This document shows positions 39,086 through 44,434 of a stretch of DNA of 64,000 bases, piece by piece. Where the stretch lies: contig JAGBFG010000043.1 in the NCBI GenBank assembly GCA_017936565.1, positions 25,473-89,472 on the forward strand, written 5' to 3'. Under the pieces are notes generated by a model that did not search any database, was not told the DNA's origin, and worked only from the letters and a program-made list of their open reading frames with translations. This DNA is from Clostridia bacterium. GTDB taxonomy: Bacteria > Bacillota > Clostridia > Oscillospirales > CAG-272. A program made the translations under genes and the position numbers. Each line of letters opens with the position of its first letter. Position 1 is the stretch's first letter.

Positions 39086-39465
39086 AAATAGAAATATTGG
39101 ACGGCTTTGCCTTTTTCGCCGAGCAAAAGGAAAAAAAGGGGGCTTTCTATCTGACTCTTCCTAAGGAAGCCAAGGTGTTTCTGAACGGGCGAGCACTCGC
39201 GAACGAGCCCTTGCGCTTTTACCGCCTCTTCCCCACCGATTTAAGAGAAGGGGAAAACACCCTATCCCTTTACATAGAGGGTGCAAGCATTCCCTGTCAA
39301 GGACTTTTGCGCCATAACGAGCAAGTGACCCCCTTTGCCTTTCCGACGGAAAAGCTCCTGCTTGCCCTGCTTCACCGCCAAATAGACCAAGAAAAGCGGC
39401 AAAAGAAGCTCGAAGATGCACATCAAGCCTTGCAAAAGGAGATGCGCGGCGCCACCTTGTTTTAA
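39082..39465 (+). CDS. Phage protein of unknown function (127 aa)
   Basis: MKIEILDGFAFFAEQKEKKGAFYLTLPKEAKVFLNGRALANEPL.... Translationally coupled to XkdX, with a helical basic C-terminus. Confidence 0.5.
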   Translation: MKIEILDGFAFFAEQKEKKGAFYLTLPKEAKVFLNGRALANEPLRFYRLFPTDLREGENTLSLYIEGASIPCQGLLRHNEQVTPFAFPTEKLLLALLHRQIDQEKRQKKLEDAHQALQKEMRGATLF

Positions 39466-39536
39466 GGGAAAAACAAAAAGATATCTTTTTCTTCCCTTCT
39501 CTGTTTTCTTTGGGCACAGATGCCCGTAATATCAAG

Positions 39537-39562
39537 AAAGGAAGCCTTCGCGATGCGAATGC
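39537..39562 (+). promoter_or_regulatory. SD-adjacent hairpin motif, copy 2
   Basis: AAAGGAA followed by GCCTTCGC-gat-GCGAATGC (8 positions, one C-T mismatch), then 13 nt to ATG 39576. Confidence 0.5.
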
Positions 39563-39575
39563 TACGGTTATATAT

Positions 39576-40199
39576 ATGAAACGAATATTATGCTTGCTGT
39601 TTTTGTTATCCCTCATCCTTGGCGCTTTGTGTCTGACGGTGAACGCGCAAGAGCCGCCCTTGCCTGCATCAGAGGAGCAAGAGCCTCTTGCCGAATCAGC
39701 CACCGCCACCACCGAGGAAAAAAGGGTTTTTACCAACGCCATTGGTGACTTTCTACGCGAAAACGCCGAAAAAATCTTTTGTGCCTTGGCGTGTATTGCC
39801 TCGCTGATTCCCGGTTTTCTCTATAAAACAGGGCTTTTGCCCTTGCTTCGCTCCGCCCTCTCTGCCCTCTCGGACAGCGCCAACAAGGCTGGCAAAAAGA
39901 CGGAAGAATTTTCCGCCAATGCCGAAGAAAAATTGGCGTCATTACAGCAAGGAGCTTCGGCGGTTTTACAGGTTTCGGAGAATACCGTTGCCCTTTTACA
40001 GGAAGCCGAAGAGCGCTTAGCCGCATTAGAGGAAGCCTTGGCGCAAAACTTGAAGGAAAAGCAAAAAACCACCGCCGCCTTACAAACGGAAACGGAGCTT
40101 TTGTTCCGTATGCTTCAATGCGCCAATCTGCCGCAAGCCCAGAAGGATGCGATGTCTTCAAGCTTCTTTGCTCTGCAACAAACCTTAAAAGAAGAATAA
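39576..40199 (+). CDS. Signal-peptide-bearing single-pass membrane protein with cytoplasmic coiled coil, unknown function
   Basis: MKRILCLLFLLSLILGALCLTVNA|QE (signal-peptide-like), an acidic linker, a TM helix (IFCALACIASLIPGFLY), then a heptad-rich Ala/Glu/Leu tail. Confidence 0.55.
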   Translation: MKRILCLLFLLSLILGALCLTVNAQEPPLPASEEQEPLAESATATTEEKRVFTNAIGDFLRENAEKIFCALACIASLIPGFLYKTGLLPLLRSALSALSDSANKAGKKTEEFSANAEEKLASLQQGASAVLQVSENTVALLQEAEERLAALEEALAQNLKEKQKTTAALQTETELLFRMLQCANLPQAQKDAMSSSFFALQQTLKEE

Positions 40200-40242
40200 C
40201 GCCAAGAGGCAGCTTTTCTCTTTGGCGGAAGAAAGGATTTTT

Positions 40243-40584
40243 ATGGTCATTTTTTTTCGCATAGCAGGCTTTGCTCTTTGCACCCTTCCTGCTGTCATTT
40301 CATCCCTTGAACATTTCCCCCTTTGGCTTTCCGACAGAGCAAGCACCCTTTCTATTTTCGGACTCTTGGTCTTGCTTTTGGCGGTATTGCCCTTTTGGAA
40401 AGCCATAAAGCATTGGCTGAAAAGCCCGTCTGCTTGGATGCTTTGGTTTTTACTTTGGCTTTTTCTGTCGCTGTTCCGCCAAATCATTGACGGGCTGATT
40501 GCCGTATCCTTTGTGGCGTTTCCGTTCAGTATGCTTGGCGCGCTTTGCTTCTATTTGGCAAAACGGTACCAAAATCGAAAATAA
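40243..40584 (+). CDS. Small 4-TM membrane protein, unknown function (holin-position)
   Basis: 113 aa from ATG 40243 (RBS GAAAGGA) with four hydrophobic helices and a basic C-terminus (KRYQNRK). Confidence 0.5.
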   Translation: MVIFFRIAGFALCTLPAVISSLEHFPLWLSDRASTLSIFGLLVLLLAVLPFWKAIKHWLKSPSAWMLWFLLWLFLSLFRQIIDGLIAVSFVAFPFSMLGALCFYLAKRYQNRK

Positions 40585-40589
40585 AAGCA

Positions 40590-40633
40590 GGGCGCAAGAA
40601 GGAGAGCTGCCTTTTCCCTTGCGCCTGTTTTTT
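40590..40633 (+). terminator. Terminator-like hairpin between the two membrane-protein genes
   Basis: GGCGCAAG (40591-40598) pairs with CTTGCGCC (40618-40625), followed by TGTTTTTT. The loop is long, about 19 nt. Confidence 0.45.
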
Positions 40634-40646
40634 ATGAATCTGCAAA

Positions 40647-40672
40647 AAAGGAAGCCTTTGCGGTGCAAAGGC
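40647..40672 (+). promoter_or_regulatory. SD-adjacent hairpin motif, copy 3
   Basis: AAAGGAA followed by GCCTTTGC-ggt-GCAAAGGC (perfect 8 bp), then 11 nt to ATG 40684. Confidence 0.5.
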
Positions 40673-40683
40673 GTGGTTTTAAT

Positions 40684-41610
40684 ATGTCATCTTTTTTCCC
40701 CGAATCCGTTCAAGACGGCAAAAGCAATCTCAAAAGCGTGCTTTCTCATTTGGGTGTTCTCTCTGCCACCGTCACGCTTCTTGCCGTCTCCGCCTTGTTT
40801 TTTACCGATATTTCTCTTTTCTTCCAAGCATCCTTGGAATTTTCCCTGCATTTTCTTTTGCTTCTCTTCGCTTCCTACGTGATGTATTTTTCTTTGAGCG
40901 AAACGGGAGCTGAGCAGGCGAAAAAGGAGAAAGAATATGAGCTTGTCTTACAAAGAACCAATAAAAACCGTCTTCGCTTTCGGGAAGAGGGGACAATGGC
41001 TTCATTAAGCGCGTTTTGTGACAGCGTCAGCGAAAGAGAAACCCAAAACAAACGCAAAGCGCTTCTTTCCGCCTTTTGCCTTACCGAAGAGGACTTGGGT
41101 GCCTACGGTCCTTCCAATCCCCCCGCCGCCCTTTCCTCTCTGCAAAAAAGGGGTTTACGGAAGGTCGCGCGCATGCGCGCTGTTCGCATCACCCCGCCTA
41201 TGCTCCTGTTTACAAGAGAAGGGGGCGGATACACCGCCCCCTTGGCAAACGCCCCCGCCGTTTCTAAAATACGGCGCTTTCTGCCCTATTTATTCGCTTC
41301 TGCCTTCACCGCTTTTTTCTCAGTTTCGGTTATTTGCCAAATCATTTTCGAGCCAAGCCCTGCTTTGCTCTTGGGATACTTTTGCAAAATCTTCACCCTG
41401 GTCTTTAACGGTATCAAGGGATACAGAGCAGGCTATTGCAATATCAGCAAGGATACCGTTTCGTATCTTTCCGAGCAAAACGACCTGCTTGACGAGTATT
41501 TCAAGGACTTTTTGCCCTTCTTTTCGCCAAAAGCAAATGAGCCTGTGACGGATTTTATAGCGCAGGGCACCGAAGACGGAGCAGAATATAAAGAACAGTT
41601 GTCATTATAA
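40684..41610 (+). CDS. Membrane protein (2 N-terminal plus 2 C-terminal TM helices around a ~130-aa soluble domain), unknown function
   Basis: 308 aa from ATG 40684. The in-frame GTG 40663 lies inside the hairpin. It converges on the SDR gene and overlaps it by 6 nt. Confidence 0.5.
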   Translation: MSSFFPESVQDGKSNLKSVLSHLGVLSATVTLLAVSALFFTDISLFFQASLEFSLHFLLLLFASYVMYFSLSETGAEQAKKEKEYELVLQRTNKNRLRFREEGTMASLSAFCDSVSERETQNKRKALLSAFCLTEEDLGAYGPSNPPAALSSLQKRGLRKVARMRAVRITPPMLLFTREGGGYTAPLANAPAVSKIRRFLPYLFASAFTAFFSVSVICQIIFEPSPALLLGYFCKIFTLVFNGIKGYRAGYCNISKDTVSYLSEQNDLLDEYFKDFLPFFSPKANEPVTDFIAQGTEDGAEYKEQLSL

Positions 41611-42369
41611 TACCGTTTTCAACCAGAGCCAAGTCAAGAGACGGTCAGGCAACAGCTTGAACATCATATGCTGCAATTTTGTATACCAGTTTGTCACCGC
41701 CAGCAATTTTCCCCGTCTTGCGCGGGAAAGACCGTAGGCAACTACCCGTTTTGCCTTTAACAGGGGCTTGGGGTTTTTGGGATAAAGTGCCCCGGGTGTC
41801 GTTTGCGCGTTTTCCAAGAACTCCGTTTCCACCCAACCGGGACAAAAGCAGGTGACGGATATGCCCAAGGGCTTCACCTCTGCCCGAAGACCCTTGGCGT
41901 AATGTAGCACAAACGCCTTGGATGCGGCATATACGTTAAAATGGGGCAGGGGCGTGAAGCAAGATCCTGAGCCGATTTCTATAATATGCCCGCCCTTCTC
42001 CATATAAGGAATGGTGGCGTGCGTGATGAGAACGGTTGCCTTGCTGTTCAAATCTATCATACGGGAAACGTCCGTTTCGCTTATGTGCGCATAGTCGCCG
42101 AATTTGCCAAAGCCCGCCCCATTGACAAGGTAAACCACCTGCAAGCGATGCTCCTTCAAATAATCGGCATAGACCCTTACCGACTCTTCCTCACACAAGT
42201 CCAAGGGGAGAATATCCGCCTCTTTTAGCTCCTCTGCCAATTCCTCTAACCGCTCGCGGCGTCGGGCAATCAAAAGAAAATGATCCGCCTCGCCCCTTTG
42301 CTTGATCTGACGTGCAAACTCCCGCCCGATGCCCGAGGACGCTCCTGTAATAATGGCTGTTCTTTTCAT
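41605..42369 (-). CDS. Short-chain dehydrogenase/reductase (SDR) family oxidoreductase
   Basis: TAIITGASSGIGREFA (TGxxxGxG), NGAG, and YAASKAFVLHYAKGL (YxxxK). Confidence 0.85.
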   Translation of the reverse strand: MKRTAIITGASSGIGREFARQIKQRGEADHFLLIARRRERLEELAEELKEADILPLDLCEEESVRVYADYLKEHRLQVVYLVNGAGFGKFGDYAHISETDVSRMIDLNSKATVLITHATIPYMEKGGHIIEIGSGSCFTPLPHFNVYAASKAFVLHYAKGLRAEVKPLGISVTCFCPGWVETEFLENAQTTPGALYPKNPKPLLKAKRVVAYGLSRARRGKLLAVTNWYTKLQHMMFKLLPDRLLTWLWLKTVL

Positions 42370-42446
42370 CGTGTTTTTATCCCAAGCCTTTCTTTGTTTT
42401 TATACCCTTTGTGTAAACATATCTTTCCATAAAAGCAACCGCCCTT

Positions 42447-43064
42447 TTACCGCACGCGACTTTGAAAGGCAACGGCTTTTCCGATGATGCGCACCTCTTC
42501 CAAATCCGCGCCGATATACACCAAGGGCTCGTATGCGTTGTTTTCGGGAAGCAATATCAGCTTTTGCTTGTCGGGATAGTAATATACCCGTTTGAGCGTT
42601 GCCTCATCCCCAATGATCACCGCGCCAATTTCACCGTTTTCCAAGCTGTTCTGCGCGTGAATAAACACAATATCGCCGTCAAAAATCCGCGCCCCTGTCA
42701 TACTGTCCCCGCGAGCGCGCAGACAGAAGTCAGCATCCTCTATGCCGTCAGCCTCTGCATAATGCCCCCATTCCTCTTGGGCATAAATGGGCTCTCCGCA
42801 GGCGATTTCTCCAATCATCGGCAAACGGCGGTGGCGAACCTTAAAGGTTCCCGGCGCTTCCTCATTGTCCCAACCGTAAAGCAGGGCAGGAGAAATATGC
42901 AGGGCAGAGGCGATTTTTTCGACCTTTTCGTGTGGGATATTTTCAATTTTCCCATTTTCATAGCGGAAAACCGTTTGCCGACTGACCCCCAGCATTTGTC
43001 CGAGCTCTTCCATACTCAAGCCCTGCTGTGTGCGAAATTTGGCGATATTTTTTCCAATAGACAT
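42447..43064 (-). CDS. Phage CI/LexA-like repressor: XRE-type HTH plus S24 self-cleaving peptidase domain
   Basis: IAKFRTQQGLSMEELGQMLGVSRQTVFRYENGK (HTH_3), EIAC-GEP (Cys-Gly cleavage-site-like, as in UmuD), GDSM (Ser nucleophile) and LKRV (Lys). ATG 43064 follows GGGAGAAGGG. Confidence 0.85.
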   Translation of the reverse strand: MSIGKNIAKFRTQQGLSMEELGQMLGVSRQTVFRYENGKIENIPHEKVEKIASALHISPALLYGWDNEEAPGTFKVRHRRLPMIGEIACGEPIYAQEEWGHYAEADGIEDADFCLRARGDSMTGARIFDGDIVFIHAQNSLENGEIGAVIIGDEATLKRVYYYPDKQKLILLPENNAYEPLVYIGADLEEVRIIGKAVAFQSRVR

Positions 43065-43181
43065 ACCCTTCTCCCTTCCCTTTCCAAACAAAAAAACACC
43101 ATCTGACTTAGATTTCAAATCGCTTTTTTCTCTTGATTTCTTCCGAGTTTTCTCTCTTTGCGTCAGCGCTTTTTCGTCTTA

Positions 43182-43200
43182 TGTTGCATTTTTCGCAACA
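43182..43200. promoter_or_regulatory. Operator-like palindrome O1 (tGTTGC-N7-GCAACa)
   Basis: Perfect 6-bp arms with a 7-nt spacer. It lies about +12 to +30 relative to the leftward promoter. Confidence 0.45.
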
Positions 43201-43218
43201 TTCTCTCTTTTTTTCTCT

Positions 43219-43247
43219 ATTGTAACACATTTCGACATATTATGCAA
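43219..43247 (-). promoter_or_regulatory. Leftward sigma-A-type promoter (repressor gene)
   Basis: Minus strand: TTGCAT (43247-43242), 17-nt spacer, TGt-TACAAT (-10 at 43224-43219). Confidence 0.5.
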
Positions 43248-43273
43248 CACTTTTTTGAAAAAAATTTTAATTT

Positions 43274-43307
43274 GTTACTTGACAAGCAACAAAAAGTGTG
43301 ATATAGT
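43274..43307 (+). promoter_or_regulatory. Rightward sigma-A-type promoter overlapped by operator-like palindrome O2 (GTTAC-N7-GCAAC)
   Basis: TTGACA (43279-43284), 17-nt spacer, TGa-TATAGT (43299-43307). GTTAC (43274-43278)/GCAAC (43286-43290) brackets the -35 element. Confidence 0.5.
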
Positions 43308-43417
43308 ATAGATGAAGAAAAGAAAAAGACATTTGACGCCCCGCAAATTGTCGTTTCCATTTTCTTTTTCGGTTTTTTTATCCATGAAACAGGAAAAACC
43401 GTTTTATTTTTTCTTTC

Positions 43418-43440
43418 GTTGTTGCATTATACGCAACAAC
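43418..43440. promoter_or_regulatory. Palindrome O3 (GTTGTTGC-N7-GCAACAAC) in the rightward leader
   Basis: Perfect 8-bp arms with a 7-nt spacer and the same core as O1/O2. It could act as a DNA operator or as an RNA hairpin. Confidence 0.4.
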
Positions 43441-43518
43441 CCTGTAAATTATGCGCGGAAAAGTCTTTCCGACGCAAGCTGTTTTGCCACAGGACAAAGC
43501 AGCTGCCATACAAAAAAC

Positions 43519-43531
43519 GTTGCTCTGCAAC
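43519..43531. promoter_or_regulatory. Short palindrome GTTGC-TCT-GCAAC just upstream of the RBS of the 101-aa gene
   Basis: Same half-sites as O1-O3 but with a 3-nt spacer. It lies 5 nt before GGAG (43537-43540). Confidence 0.35.
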
Positions 43532-43546
43532 AGAATGGAGTTTTTT

Positions 43547-43852
43547 ATGATGTACATACAAACCGTTTCCGAGGCCACCCCCTTTTTGCTTCGCGCCCCT
43601 TATGAAATAAGGCAAGAGCTTTCTTCCTTGGAGGAATGCGTCAAGGATGCCAAGGAGAAGCTTTCCCGTCTTTATGCCGTCAAGGAAGAGTTAGAGGAAT
43701 TTGCCCTGCCCGAAGAGGTAGTGGAGCTGGTGGAAACAGAGCTTTTGGAGAGAATTGAGACCGTGCGCGAGGAAATCGACGAAATGGCATCAGATGCCTA
43801 CGCCTTATCCGAGGAATTGGAAGAAACGGTATATCTTCTCTATCAGAGATAA
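43547..43852 (+). CDS. Highly acidic helical protein (101 aa), unknown function
   Basis: MMYIQTVSEATPFLLRAPYEIRQELSSLEECVKDAKEKLSRLYAVKEELEEFALPEEVVELVETELLERIETVREEIDEMASDAYALSEELEETVYLLYQR. ATG 43547 follows GGAG. It is the first gene of the rightward transcript. Confidence 0.5.
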   Translation: MMYIQTVSEATPFLLRAPYEIRQELSSLEECVKDAKEKLSRLYAVKEELEEFALPEEVVELVETELLERIETVREEIDEMASDAYALSEELEETVYLLYQR

Positions 43853-43870
43853 TCCATTAATAGATCAGCT

Positions 43871-43937
43871 AACGGACACAACGGACAACAAAAACAGCAC
43901 AATGAGGCTTTTGATGCGGTATCTTTTGATGCGGTAT
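43871..43937. repeat. Iteron-like short tandem direct repeats
   Basis: AACGGACAC/AACGGACAAC (43871-43889) and a perfect 15-nt tandem CTTTTGATGCGGTAT x2 (43908-43922, 43923-43937), with a degenerate third unit following. Confidence 0.7.
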
Positions 43938-44044
43938 CCTTTTATCCGACACCTTTGCCTTCTCCCCCTTTTTTTCTGTTTTATGCCAAGACATCCCGTT
44001 TTGTCGTAACCGCACCCCGAAACCAAACGAAAGGAAGACTCTCT

Positions 44045-44365
44045 ATGGAAAAAAACCTTCTTTTGCCTCCCTCTGTCAGTCACACGGTACGGGCAATGTG
44101 TGAGGACTATGACCGTCGGGCAGAGGAAATTCACCGCGGCAAGCTCCCCGCAGCAACCCTTGGTCACTATATGATGCTCAACGCCGCCATTGACGAAGCC
44201 TTGAAGAGCTGCTGTGAGGAAGGTGTCTGCGAGCAAATCCGACGCGACATCGCCACGCAAACAGGTCACCGCTTTACACAGCTATATTATCTCTCTCCCG
44301 GTACATACAAGGACAGAAAGCGCAAGGGAAAATACGCCATCGCAAAGGCTTTGCACCTTTTATAA
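44045..44365 (+). CDS. Small Cys-containing basic-tailed protein (106 aa), possible regulator
   Basis: MEKNLLLPPSVSHTVRAMCEDYDRRAEEIHRGKLPAATLGHYMMLNAAIDEALKSCCEEGVCEQIRRDIA...YKDRKRKGKYAIAKALHLL. RBS GAAAGGAAG. Any regulatory role is inference from size and position. Confidence 0.45.
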   Translation: MEKNLLLPPSVSHTVRAMCEDYDRRAEEIHRGKLPAATLGHYMMLNAAIDEALKSCCEEGVCEQIRRDIATQTGHRFTQLYYLSPGTYKDRKRKGKYAIAKALHLL

Positions 44366-44380
44366 AAAAATAAGAAAAAA

Positions 44381-44418
44381 GGCTATAACAGCGACAAGCG
44401 CTTTTATAGCCTTTTGGT
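44381..44418. terminator. Bidirectional terminator shared by the 106-aa gene and ileS
   Basis: GGCTATAA (44381-44388) pairs with TTATAGCC (44404-44411), flanked by A-runs on the left and T-runs on the right. Confidence 0.5.
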
Positions 44419-44434
44419 TTGAAATCAGGACAAA

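Larger units (their letters stand above)
26391..44365. mobile_element. Phage-derived element: short-tailed-phage-like structural array (26.4-41.6 kb) plus SDR gene and repressor/switch region (41.6-44.4 kb). No integrase, replication or endolysin genes recognised.
   Basis: Contiguous terS, terL, portal, scaffold-like, capsid-like, fibre-like and XkdX genes on one strand, with an XRE/S24 repressor and divergent promoters at the right end. Flanked by DUF554/pgsA/rimO and ileS. Whether 41.6-44.4 kb belongs to the same element is inference. Confidence 0.7.

Noticed and set aside
39553-39579. 8-codon mini-ORF (MRMLRLYI) starting inside hairpin copy 2, with its stop overlapping ATG 39576, considered as a regulatory uORF
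   Set aside because: It is not conserved. Copy 1 has no start codon in the hairpin, the GTG in copy 3 is in frame with the main ORF, and the ATG in copy 4 is in a different frame. Structure rather than a uORF is the shared feature.
43312-43605. 97-aa ORF starting right after the rightward switch promoter
   Set aside because: It has no RBS, and its ATG sits at the predicted transcription start. The ORF runs through two palindromic sites and into the better-supported 101-aa gene in another frame. Its composition (FSFSVFLS, CCIIRNN) looks non-coding.
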